Translations under genes and position numbers: made by a program
NCBI GenBank assembly: GCA_964016885.1
Contig: OZ024741.1
Location: 196,106,001-196,170,000 of the forward strand
DNA: 64,000 nucleotides
Origin: Eledone cirrhosa
Taxonomy: Eukaryota
Reading direction: 5' to 3'
Notes under the pieces: generated by a model
What the model was told of the DNA's origin: nothing
Seen by the model: only the letters and a program-made list of their open reading frames with translations
Database searches by the model: none
Part shown: positions 14,657-28,300 of the stretch, piece after piece
Layout of the letters: each line of letters begins with the position of its first letter
How positions within the stretch are numbered: the stretch's first letter is position 1

Positions 14657-16316
14657 ATCCACACCGCCCCCTTCTATGTAAAGTTATGTTGGTGCCACAC
14701 CATCCAGGCCGAAACAAATGAGATCGTGTAGGTGTCACGACAAAAAAACACACAGTCCACGCTGTAATGTGGCCGTGTAGGCAACACGGTAAAAACCTCC
14801 CAGACCCACACTGTAAATGTGGTTGGTGTTAGGAAGGGCATCCAACTGTAGAAAACCTGCCAGACAGTCCTATGCGAGCAAGACAACCACTCTTGCCTCA
14901 AGTGGGAAAACCCCCATCCAAACCCATGCAAGCGTGGAACACGGACGTTAAACGTTGATGATGATGATGACTCACTAGAAGCATGTGTATCTTTTTACAT
15001 AGGATGCCATCAGATTAAATTAATAATTATTTTTATACAAGGACAATTTGGGAGGGGGCAAAAGATTAATTCTTCCTCCTTTATTTTGAACCTTCTTGGA
15101 CCATACTAATGTACAAACTATGCATCTTGTATCTCTCTGTGATACAAGTCTCTCACTTCTTATATATACCTTATTTCTGCTAATCAAGCTGCATTCTGTA
15201 TTCAAACTTTCCCGTGAAAGTGTCTGCATGCATGTATACTCCTCTTTCCTTCTAACTCACCTATCTTACCTCAATATCAGTAATGTTCACAAGTCTTCTT
15301 GGTTTTTGCACTTCTATGCTGCTGCTACAGAAACTGAATCTTTTGCTATCAATTAAAATAAAAGTAATAGAAATCATTAATTAACTCTTTACAACAATTA
15401 AGATTATTCCCATCAAGAACAGGCAGACTCTCTAAACATTCTTGAATATCTTTTCGACCTCAAAATCTATGAAATCAATCTCTCTGCACATATTAGATTG
15501 TACAACCACTGCTAAATCATGTTCACTCATCCATGCCCTACCTACCTTCCAAAAATATGACACTCCAAGTCCATTAACTGGTCAGCATCTCATAGAGATT
15601 TTTTATTATATTCGTTTTATCTTCTTCTCCTCCTCCTCCTCCTTCTCCTTCTTCTTTACCAACTTATTCCTGAAGGTCGTGGAGGCAGAATCCTCAAACA
15701 CTCCTTCCAGCGAGTCCTGTCAGAAGCAACTGTCCCCAAGCGAGACCAGCCAAGCTCATGGATGTTATCCAACCATCCTGCTTGGGGTCTACCCCTGGGT
15801 CTCCTGCCAGTTGGTTTTACCTATAAAATCTGTCCAGCGATTCTCTCCTAAGACATTCTAACCACATGCCCATAGTATCAGAGCTGTGATCTTTCCTTTA
15901 CTCTCAATTCAAAATTTGTGGGTATTTGAATTGTAAATATTTTAGTGAAATAACAATTGTTTCTTTGTGTCTTTCCAGCTGCCATGGGTATACCATTTCA
16001 ACCCTTGCCAGATTACCAAGAAGGAGCTGAACAGGTGAATTGCTTTCATTTTCTTTTCAATTTATTTTACAATCATTTTTTAGAAATTATTTTCATTTAA
16101 TCCTTAGTGGTAATGTTGATATGGTCACATGAATTTGGAAAGCTGAAAATATTCTAATTGTATACCATTGTGAAATTCTGAGTAGCAACGAAAACATATG
16201 CTGAGTTGCCATGTATATTATGTATTATAAAGTACCTCTATATTTACATATCAAGGGTTTTTTTTTTTAAATTACAATTTACACAGAGATAACGATATAT
16301 ATATACATATACATAT

Positions 16317-16388
<72 letters not shown>

Positions 16389-19300
16389 ATGTGTGTGTGT
16401 GTATGTATGTATTCTTTCTTATCAAATATGTCAAAGATAATTTATTACTTTTTTATAGGCTTTAAAAACTGCCCGTCATTATATGGAAAGTTCAAAAGGT
16501 CCTTATTGTTTGCTTGTGAGAAGGCAAACATTTCTTCCATATAAATTGAAAAAAAAAGTCCCTGAGTATGTTGAAGTTTTGCTTTATCTTTTTCTTGTTT
16601 TGTTTTTAAGTTATATGAGAATATGTCTATCCACTCCATTTGATATTATTGCCCAGTATTTTATACCTTCTTAAACTATATATACCCACTATCTGGTTGT
16701 ATACAGCATGTAGAGAAGTATTACAAAAAAATATACAAAATTGAAAAAATAAAGGCAGAAATCAAATATGCATGTTTTTCTGTTAGATTTGGTTTACTTT
16801 TTTTTTTTAACCTATACTTTTATGCAAAAGTATTGCTATGTGCTGGAGTTTATTCTAGATTTCAAGGCATTAATTCAATGATATATATCTTTCTGGATAT
16901 CAGTCTATCAGCCCTATTGCCTACAGCAGTGATCTGTACCATCTCATGATGCTAATTTGCAGCTAAAAGAAATAGTTAAATATCTTTGATAAAGAAGTGT
17001 TCATGACAGAATAGGATTCATGAAATCTTTGGCCTGCAGTCTTGTAATTAATTCAGTCATTTGTATGTGCAATATGTTGGCTGGCTGGGTAACCACAAAT
17101 ATAACCCTAAAATGGCCATCACCCTGAAGCCACTCTATATGTAGGTTCTATGATAGAAATACTCATTGTCATCCACAAACCTTTCCTATTATATGTTACT
17201 CATTGCAGGAAAACTTGTGATATCACCACCATCACCACCACCACCTCCTTCTTTTTCTTCTTTTTCTTCTTTTTATTTTTCTTCTTCTTCTTCTTCTTCT
17301 TCTTCTTCTTCTTCTTCTTCTTCTTCTTCTTCTTCTTCTTCTTCTTCTTCTTCTTCTTCTTCTTCTTCTTCTTCTTCTTCTTCTTCACCATTTAACATAT
17401 CTTTTCCATGCTGGCATGGGTTAGACAGGTTGTCACATTCTGAGGCCAGACAGATCAAATGACTGTTGAGTGTGTCACACTCCTACGTGGTTTCTGTTGT
17501 AACACCAGCTCTACCATTCAACTTTTATATTAATTCATTCTGCTCTAATAATTATAACAATGTCCTGTGTATGATAGCAGCTGAAAATAGTTCTCCATTT
17601 AACTAGCAACCTTGTTTTCAATGTAACCCTTTCCTTTTGTTTACCTTTGATAGATTTTTACTGACACGTGAGGAAGCCATGAAAATAATTATTGATAACA
17701 TAGGCAGTAAAGATGCTGTGGTCAGCACAACAGGGATGTTATCTAGAGAACTCTTTGAGTACAGGTAAGCAGTTTTATACATTCAATAATTTTAGCTGAT
17801 GGTCAGGTGACATTTATGCTGTAATTATGATTACCTTGTCTGTACATTGCACATGTTGATAGTCCCGTTTTGAAGCCTATGGTTTGAAGACAATGATTTT
17901 CTTGCTATTATCCAAACTAACTTTAGTTAAAGCAAGTACTCTATGTAAGTATCGACCAATAACTCCTGATAGTCATAAGGATGTCATAGTGATATATGGC
18001 ATAACTTGGGCATTTTAAACCTAGTAGAGCTCATCGCCTCTCCATATCTGAACACAACTGATTTCTTCCAGAGAAGGAGAGAGAGAGAGAGATAGAAAAG
18101 TGAGAAGGAGATATAAAGGAAAAATTGACCAGTACTGGACTAGTATTTTTTTTATTGACCTTGAAAGGATGAAAAGCAAAGTTGATCTCAGCAGGATTTG
18201 AATTCAAAGAGCATAGAGAACCAGAATAAATACCTCAAAGCTTTCTATCTTACTTTTTTAATTACTCTACCCATTTGCTGTCTCAGTGACATTATAATAT
18301 AACCAAAACAGTTGCATAACAATGACAACATAGTAACAGAATAAAAGCAATCACAAATATAATATAATCAAAACAGTATCACAAGCAACCAAAATTGAGT
18401 GCATAGCTCAGAGATCAGAGAGTCACCCCAAGTAGAGCCACTACTTCTTCAGATTGAGAGATCACAGCTCCAATACTATGGACATAAGGTTAGAGTGTCT
18501 CAAGAAAGAAATGCTGGACAGATTTTATGGACAAAACCAACTGCCAGGAAACCCTGTAGTGACCTACATTCCGCGGGCTCACATACATTCTCTGCGCGTG
18601 ATTTGGCTCAGCTCAGCCAATCTGCGCCAGTAGAAGAGAATGTATCCCTACGCGCCCTGAGGAAAAAATTCCCGCTTTGATTTGAGAAATCAGTCTCTCG
18701 CGTCCTGACCATGGGATAGTAAAGACCACTTGGTCTCTTGCTGCTCGAACGCCGAAGGACCGACACATACAATATGTAACAGTGAGATTTGCACTTTGGT
18801 CTGCCAGCCTGCCTTGGGCCTGGCACAATAGCACATTCCTTTTGTAACCCTTTTATGTTTAACTTCAACCATACAAATTAACAAACATTACTTTGTGCTA
18901 CAACAAAAATAAACATACATTTCATCTCACGAACATTCTTCTTGTTGACGTTATTATCATGTTACTCATTTGTCAATGTGACTAACATATACTTCCACCA
19001 AACTGATTACTCGTGGCCAAATTCTGATTGGGTGACGCCATATTAAAAAAAAGGAAAAAAAGATTTTTGCCTTCATTTCCGGACAGATCATAATGGCCGA
19101 CTTCCGTCTTCTTCGTTTGGTTTCCCGCCAAATTGACTTTAGGGCAACGCCATTTTGAAAAATATGAAAGAAAAGAAAATTTTTTTAAAAAAATTTTCTT
19201 AACATTTGTCTCTTCAACAACGAAAGAAAATATCATTGTTTTTATTTTATATTTTTCTTCTCCCTTGGATTCCTTTTGGTCTGCATTTTCCCTGTTGTTA

Positions 19301-22300
19301 TCTATTGCTTACTGGCACACGTTAATTCACGATGGGTAGCACTGCATTGCCAGCGTTTGCAGGAGACGTCCGAGTCTGGTTCGCACAGATTGAATCGCAT
19401 TTTGCTGCGAATGGCATAACGTCCAAAACTGACAACTACATATTCTTTTGAGTGCTATCCCGGCGTCTTTAACGACAGTTGTTAAAGATCTGATTACTGA
19501 TCCAGCCCCTGGAGCCACCTATGAGAGCGTTAAGCATGAGGTTCTGTGGCGTACCACGTTGTCCGCAGAGAGGAGATTTCAAACCCTAGTAAATGACGAG
19601 CATTTGGGTGATTAGACACCAAGCCAGTTCCTGTGTCAAATGAAAGAACTGGCAGGGGATGCTCCAGCCGACAGCACCCTCCTGAGACACCTTTTCTTTT
19701 TGAGGCTGCCGCCCAATGTCCAGGCAATATTGGCGCCTATGATGGAGACTAGCTCAGTCGAGCAACTGGCGTCTTCGGCGGACAAAATAATGAGTTTCAC
19801 AGGAAAGCCTGCCTCCTTCACTACACCTCAGCCGCCGGCTGAGGTCGCTTCATTCTCTCCAGCGGCTGCCATTCACACCGATCAGTCACTCACGTCTACA
19901 GCAATTCTTCAAGCCATAGCACAACTCACCAAAGAGGTGAGAAGATTGAGTTTCTCCAGAGCTCAATCACCCAGACGTCATCTACAGAGCCGTTCGCCCT
20001 CGCCACGCCACTGCCACACAAACAAACCAGGACTGTGCTACTATCACAGCCGTTTTGGCGTGGCGGCACGCTGTTGTAGACAGCTCTATTCCTTTTCCAA
20101 CCAGGGAAACGAATTTCAGGAGACCTGAGCACAGCACAGTCTCCTCTGACACTCCCAAATAATCGTGCATTCCTCATAACTGACACGTTTTCCCAAGCTC
20201 GATATCTGCATATGGCCGCTAAAACTTCTCAAAGAGAAGCCGCCAGTTTCATCCATTTCTCTGCAAGCTGTAAATCATTCTCCTATCTCCATGTATGGTC
20301 AAATTTCTCGTTCTTTGAACCTGGAATTGCCAAGAGACTTCACGTGGATTTTCACAGTCGCCTTACCCTATTCTAGGCTCGGATTTGCTGCACCACTATA
20401 ACCTCTTAGTGGATATGCGCAGACGCCGGTTGTTGGATGCTAATACGGAAGTCTCCGTTCCGGGTTTGAGATCTACTGTCTCATCTATCAGCCCGGTATT
20501 CTTCATCAACGCTTCATAGGACCCTTTCCAGTCGCTTCTAAATTCCTTCCCGGAATTGACAAATTTGAATTTTGTGGTGAGCTAGCCTACTCACTCCACA
20601 AAACATTATTTCGAAACTTCTGGCGCTCCTGTATTTTCACGGCCTCGCCGCCTCCCTGCAGAGAAATTGAAAGCGGCGAAGGCTGAATTTAACCACATGC
20701 TACAGCTGGGGATCATACGCCCTTCAACCAGTCCGTGGGCCTCTCCTCTGCATTTGGTTCCAAAGAGTTCCGGCGATTGGCATCCGACTGGGGACTTTCG
20801 CCAATTAAACGCGATGACTGTACCCGATCCCACACATTCAGGATTTTGCTTCTTCCTTACATGGATGCACATTTTTCTACGTAAAGACTCAGTGGAAGGA
20901 CCACTTGTGCCACCCTATACAGGACCCTACCATGTCCTGGCAAAAACGGACAAACTTTTTACCATAGACATTTGTGGTAGGAAACATACAGTTTCTGTAG
21001 ATAGGATTAAACAGGCCTTTACAGACGTTCCACCAATTGAACCTCATACCCCCCCCCCACCCACATACAATACATTGCATGTTGAACCTTCACAAGCATA
21101 CTCACCCACAACATCACACACACCTTCATTACCTTCACCCACATGTGTTACGACGACTCGTACATTGGCCTCAGAGATTGAGTAAAACAATTTATATATG
21201 AACTGTGATATTGTTCAAACTTTTGACTCTTATGTAAACAATTACTTTTGCTTGTTCAATTATGTTATGTTTCATTTTTCTCGGTTGTATTCATGCATTA
21301 TCTTTTCTCGGTGTACCCAATGATTTTTTATTGTTTGATGTCATGTAGACATATTGCATATTTAGCAATACTCATGTATTGATATAGATCTTCGATCTAA
21401 ACGGAGGGTACTTTAGTGAACAGAATTATTATGTATTTTCCTTTGGCGGAAGAATGGTGTCACAGAGGTGAATTGACTGAAGTAGCCAATCAGGGCCCTC
21501 AGCAGATCAAGACAAGTTACTGGACTACTTGGACCAGAGACACAGTTGGCTGACAGGCAGAGAGACACAGAGTACACTGAACGACCAGCATCAAGACGTC
21601 TGACATTTGATATGCCACATTCTTTCACATCTCCACTGGAATATGCAGCCAACACGGTGTAAAGACTTGCTCAACCTTCTCGTTATTTTCGATTCCATAT
21701 TTGTACAACAAAAATAAAGGGAATTTTTGTTATAACGGATTATGTCGTTTTTGTCATTGCCTTCTGAATCGATAAATATAATAATATCTCCGGCGACACA
21801 TAATCAACGTTATAACCCTGGGGTAGACCTTAAGCAAGACGGTTGGATAACATCTACTGGAAGGCATATTTGAGGACCCTGTCCCCATGACCCTCTCAGG
21901 AATAAGTGGGCAAAGAAGAAAGAGGAGAAGAATCACATCTATAACATAGCTAGCACAACATTCCAAAATCTATGTTTTCTCTTTAAAACCAGAAACTATT
22001 TCAGCTCTGACCAGCTGCTGAAATGCTATAAGGCTCAAGTGTATGAGGTGTGTACCAACGAATCTATGATCAGATGTTGATATACTGTAAGGCTCAAGTG
22101 TATGAGGTGTGTACCAACGAATCTATGATCAGATGTAGATATACTATAAGACTCAAATGTATGAGGTGTGTACCAACGAATCTATGATCAGATGTTGATA
22201 TACTGTAAGACTCAAGTGTATGAGGTGTGTACCAACGAATCTATGATCAGATGTTGATATACTGTAAGGCTCAAGTGTATGAGGTGTGTACCAACGAATC

Positions 22301-25300
22301 TATGATCAGATGTTGATATACTGTAAGACTCAAGTGTATGAGGTGTGTACCAACGAATCTATGATCAGATGTTGATATACTGTAAGACTCAAGTGTATGA
22401 GGTGTATACCAACGAATCTATGATCAGATGTTGATATACTGTAAGGCTCAAGTGTATGAGGTGTGTACCAACGAATCTATGATCAGATGTTGATATACTG
22501 TAAGGCTCAAGTGTATGAGGTGTGTACCAACGAATCTATGATCAGATGTTGATATACTGTAAGGCTCAAGTGTATGAGGTGTGTACCAACGAATCTATGA
22601 TCAGATGTTGATATACTGTAAGGCTCAAGTGTATGAGGTGTGTACCAACGAATCTATGATCAGATGTTGATATACTGTAAGGCTCAAGTGTATGAGGTGT
22701 GTACCAACGAATCTATGATCAGATGTTGATATACTGTAAGGCTCAAGTGTATGAGGTGTGTACCAACGAATCTATGATCAGATGTTGATATACTGTAAGG
22801 CTCAAGTGTATGAGGTGTGTACCAACGAATCTATGATCAGATGTTGATATACCGTAAGGCTCAAGTGTATGAGGTGTGTACCAACGAATCTATGATCAGA
22901 TGTTGATATACTGTAAGGCTCAAGTGTATGAGGTGTGTACCAACGAATCTATGATCAGATGTTGATATACTGTAAGGCTCAAGTGTATGAGGTGTGTACC
23001 AACGAATCTATGATCAGATGTTGATATACTGTAAGGCTCAAGTGTATGAGGTGTGTACCAACGAATCTATGATCAGATGTTGATATACTGTAAGGCTCAA
23101 ATGTATGAGGTGTGTACCAACGAATCTATGATCAGATGTTGATATACCGTAAGGCTCAAGTGTATGAGGTGTGTACCAACGAATCTATGATCAGATGTTG
23201 ATATACTGTAAGGCTCAAGTGTATGAGGTGTGTACCAACGAATCTATGATCAGATGTTGATATACCGTAAAGCTCAAGTGTATGAGGTGTGTACCAACGA
23301 ATCTATGATCAGATGTTGATATACTGTAAGGCTCAAGTGTATGAGGTGTGAACCAACGAATCTATGATCAGATGTTGATATACTGTAAGGCTCAAGTGTA
23401 TGAGGTGTGTTCCAACAAATCTCTGATCCAATTGTTATTACTGGTTGGTTACTCTTTACTGACTTTATTCATATTTTAATGTCACAAATTTCTTCTCAGT
23501 TATAATTCATAATTTTGCCATTATTATTGTAATTATGCTTGTTTGAATGACATCAACATAAAGTTATTTTATTATTTCAGAGTAGAGAAAGATATGGGTC
23601 ATGAACGTGACTTTCTCACTGTAGGTTCAATGGGTCATGCTTCAGCAATTGCTTTAGGAATTGCTTTACAAAAACCAAACAAACAGGCAAGTATAATGCT
23701 ATTTTGTTAACCCTTACAAAATATATCATTATCATCATTGTCATCGTTTTCATGACCGTTTTTCCACACTAGCATTATATATCATCATCATCATATGTCC
23801 GCTTTTCCCTGCTTGCAAGGGTTGGACGGGTCCTATTCAGCACAGCATCTCTCCACTTGTCACGGTCCTTTGTCATCTCCTCCGTGAGTTTCAGCGATCT
23901 GAGGTCTGCTCTCACCACCTCCGCCCATGCTTTTCGTGGTCTACCTCTACTGCATCTTCCCTCCACTGGGACTTCCTGGCACTTCTTTACCCAGCGGTCA
24001 TCCTCCATGTGCATCACATGCCCATACCATCTCAGCCTTCTCTCCTGCACACCACAACTTATCCCTCTTATACCCAGTTTCTTTCTCAACTCGTCTATGC
24101 TTGGTTGTTCACGCACATTGACATTGCACATCCAACGGAGCATACTTGCTTCATTTCTCTCCAGCCGTCGCATATCCTCTGCAGTTGCTGCCCATGTCTC
24201 ACTACCATGCAGCATCGCGCATCTCACACAGGCATCATATAACCGTCCTTTCGTACATGGGGAGAAACCCTTCTTTGTCAACAAAGGAAGCAGCTCCCTA
24301 AACTTCTTCCAACCCGTCCTTATTCTAGATACTATGGCCTCAGAACCCCCCCCCCCCTCCTATGCTAATCTGATCACCTAGGTACCGGAAGCTATCAACC
24401 ATTTCTATAGAACCCACCTGCATTGGAAAAATGAGTCTATCACAGCAATTACTACTGCCAACTTTCCCTGTACATCTACTGCATACATAGTTTTCCTTAC
24501 CTTATCCCACTACATCTCTTGTGTACCCAAGAACTGCATTGCATACATTTTATGGAATTTATGCCAGTTCCTTTCCTACATATTGAACATGGCCATTTGC
24601 CTGATGGAATCAGAGTATTGTCCTCTCTTCTACTTATCAACGCCTTTGTCTTAGCTAGGTTCACTCTGTCTTCTTGATACCAACTGCTGTTTCCATAGCC
24701 AGAATTTATTGTCTAGCTCCTTTACTGATTCTGCTATAAGAACCAGATCATCAGCATAGAGAGGTTCCCATGGGCATCCAGTCTTAAACTCTTCTGTTAT
24801 GGCTTGGAGGACTATAAGGAACACGAGTGGGCTGAGGACAAAACCTTGATGTACACCTACTTGTATCTGGAATGTCTCACTAAACTCTATTCCTATTCTC
24901 ACTTTACTGACAATACCCTGTACATAGCTTGCACTGTCCTCACAAGCCATTCCTCCACACCTAGTTTTCTTAGGGACCACCAGATGACAGATCGGAGTAC
25001 CCTATCAAAGGCCTTCTCTAGGTCAACAAAAGCTAAGTATAGTGGCTTATTCTTCTCAAAGAACTTCTCTTGTAGTTGCCTCACTAAGAAGAGGGCATCT
25101 ATTGTACTTTTCCAAGGCACAAAACCAAATTGCATCTCATCTAGTTTGACACTTTCTCTAATCAGTTGCGCTAATATTTTCTCTGCCACTGTCATAACCA
25201 GATCCATCAGTTTTATACCCCTATAATTGCTCCTCTCTAGAGCATCCCCTTTACCTTTGTAACAATTTATGAGAATACTGCTGCAACAGTCTTTGGGTAT

Positions 25301-28300
25301 GACACCACCATATATATAGCTTGATTAATGATGCGTGCAACTAGTTTAGTGCCTACTTCTCCTGAAGCCTTCAGCATCTCAGCAACTATCCCCGATGCCC
25401 CAGCAGCCTTACCATTCTTCATTTCCTTAATTTCCTCTTGTACCCTATATTCATCAATCTCAATAGTTGGTCCCTCTGTTGGGTTTACTGGGGGTAATTC
25501 CTCTCTGTCCCATTCATTCTCTACATTCATCAGTTTCTCATAATGACATTTCCAGGCCTCCTTTTTCTGATCATTCATGAAACTAAGTACACCGGCATCA
25601 TCCCGGACACACTTATCTCCAACAACATCCTGATTTGCATTGACACACTGCCTTGCAATGCAGAATACCGCACGCCTCTGATCTTCCCGTCGCAGAACAT
25701 TGGCAAACCTCCTACTCTCAGCCTCCCTGCGTGCTAAGTATACCTGACGTCTAGCTTCTCTCTTAGCGGCTGTATATCCGTCTCTACTCCCACCATTTTC
25801 CCAAGCTTTCCATGCCAGTCTTTTGTCTCCAATGGCCCTATCTACCATGCTGTTCCACCACCAGGTCACTCTCTGTCTGGTTGAAGCTCTGCCCCAACCA
25901 CAAGTTTCTTCAGTAGCCTGCAGTAAGTTGTCATGCAAGAAATTCCAGTTATATATATAATTCGTTTTTGAATTTGTTTTGCAAGATTCCTTATCTGAAA
26001 ATGTGTGTTGAAACATATATTGTTATACTTTGGGAGGGTCATGTTGCCAATAAAAACACACGCACCTGTTGGTTTTCATTTCAATTTATTATAAATTTCC
26101 CATTTCAAAGATCCCCCTGTGCTGATAGGAAATGCATAGTCTGCAAGCTAAGCCTGCAAAACTAGGAATGTGGTATATAGCATAAGATGTACTGAGACAA
26201 AATATAGGAATAAGAATCATCATCATCATCATCATCGTTTAACGTCCATATTCCACGCTTGCATGGGTTTGGACGGGAGTTTTCCCACTTGAGGCAAGAG
26301 TGGTTGTCTTGCGGGTTTTCTACGGCTGGATGCCCTTCCTAACACCAACCACATTTACAGTGTGGAACTGGGAGGTTTTTACCGTGTTACCTACACGGCC
26401 ACATTACTGTGTGTTTTTTTGTCGTGACACCTACACGACCTCATTTGTTTTGGGCTGGATGTTGTGACACCAACATAACTTTACATTGAAAGGGGTGGTG
26501 TGGATGGGGTGGGGGTAGTGGGACGGGGGTGTATTTTGTTAGAGGTGCCTACTGACTGTAGTAGGTTTCACTTTGTACTTAGGTAAGGCGGGTCTTCTCT
26601 ATTACTGTGTAGCGCCAAAGCTCTCGGTCCAGTGACATTGTCTTGGAGAGGTGTAAGTGTGTGAGGTCGGAATTTATCAAGTCGTCCCAGGTTTTTCTGG
26701 GTCTGCCTACTCCGTGGCTACCGTCTATTTTTATTGCCTTGCACTTTTTTATACAGCTGTCGTCTTTCATGCGCATCACGTGACCATACCAACGTAGTCT
26801 TCTCTCGAGTAAACAACATCTGATCCCTCTTATTTCTAATTTCTCCCTTAGTACGTTTATGCTTTGCTGTTCACGTATATTACTATTACACATCCAATGG
26901 AGCATGCAAGCTTCGTTTCTCTCCAGTCTGTGTATATCCTCTGCACACAGTGCCCAGGTCTCACTGCCATGTAACATTGCTGTTCGTATGCAGGCATCAT
27001 ACAGCCTGCCTTTCATTTTTAGAGAGAACCCTTTAGCGGCCAATAGTGGTATAAGCTCTCTGAACTTTTTCCATCCCGTTCTGACTCTAGCTACTGTACT
27101 TTCAGAGCACCCTCCCCCACTGCTGATTTTATCACCCAGGTAACGGAAGCTGTCCACTATTTCTATAGAACCATCTGTGCAATGGAATGAGTTAGTATTC
27201 TGTGGGCACTTGCTGCTACTTATTGCACCAGAGCACCGGCCACATATAAAATCTATATTCTTAGTTAGCTTACCAAGAATATAACATACATAGGTGAAAC
27301 AGCCCATAGCATAGGAGAAAGGATAAGTGAACACTGGCGAGAATTCCAGGATGGGAAAAACTCATCAGTACTCCACCAATATGCCAAAATAGAACACAGG
27401 GGCACATTAGAGAACATAGAGATAAAAATTATACCCACACATAAAAAAGATACAATGCTCAGACAAATCACAGAGACAACACATATAAACGAATTCCAAA
27501 CAAAATTAAACAGAAAACATGAGTGGAATAGTAACATCACAACTAGTATTTAAGGACAAAATGAAAACATACAAACACACAAAAACCAAACTAACAAAAC
27601 AAATCAAACACACACAGATAGAACAAACAACCATCTAGTGACAAGCTAATAAACGCATAAATAAAAAAATAATAATAAAAACACACACACACCCTGATGT
27701 AATGCATGCGCAAACTAAGCACACAACACACAACAACAAGATGGTGTAGAACAGAACAAAGGAGAGACACAAAATAAAAACCTAGTCACTGAGGAGGTCA
27801 CAGAATGTGTGGCGAAAGAGCTTTGATAATATATAAACAACCTTCTGGTTATCGAACCAGCCAACCAACCAACCAGAAATTTATAATAAATTGAAGTGAA
27901 AACCAACAGGTGCATGTGTTTTTATTGGCAGCATGACCCTCTTAAAGTATAACAATATATATATATATATATCTCCATCATCATCATCATCCGTCTGCTT
28001 TTCCCTGCTTGCAAGGGTGGGACGTGTCCTCTTCAGCACAGGATCTCTCCATTCGTCACAGTCCCTCGTCATCTCCTATGTGAGCTTCAGCAATTGATAT
28101 AAGCAAGTATTGCACCAAGAAAATTAAAACGTTGGCATGAAGAGATTAGGAATTCATTTGCTTTGACATATGTTTCTGTGTCTATTATAAATTGTCTACA
28201 TATGCTGACTACTATATATATTGTTCAATCACATGCAATACCTAATTATTTATTACACTTCATCAGAAAGCCTATAGTAGTGGAATTCAACTATTCACTA

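Larger units (their letters stand above)
25960..27960 (+). mobile_element. Second Penelope-like GIY-YIG copy with inverted 5' pLTR segment, interrupted by an RTE
   Basis: 25960-26098 is the inverse of the 3' end at 27880-27960. 26100-26217 encodes [11 protein letters not shown]...[12 protein letters not shown] and resumes at about 27275 with [21 protein letters not shown]; AAGAAT is duplicated around the RTE. Confidence 0.8.

Noticed and set aside
22026-23430. CRISPR-like array
   Set aside because: Units are contiguous with no unique spacers, there are no cas genes, and it lies in a eukaryotic intron; it is a minisatellite.
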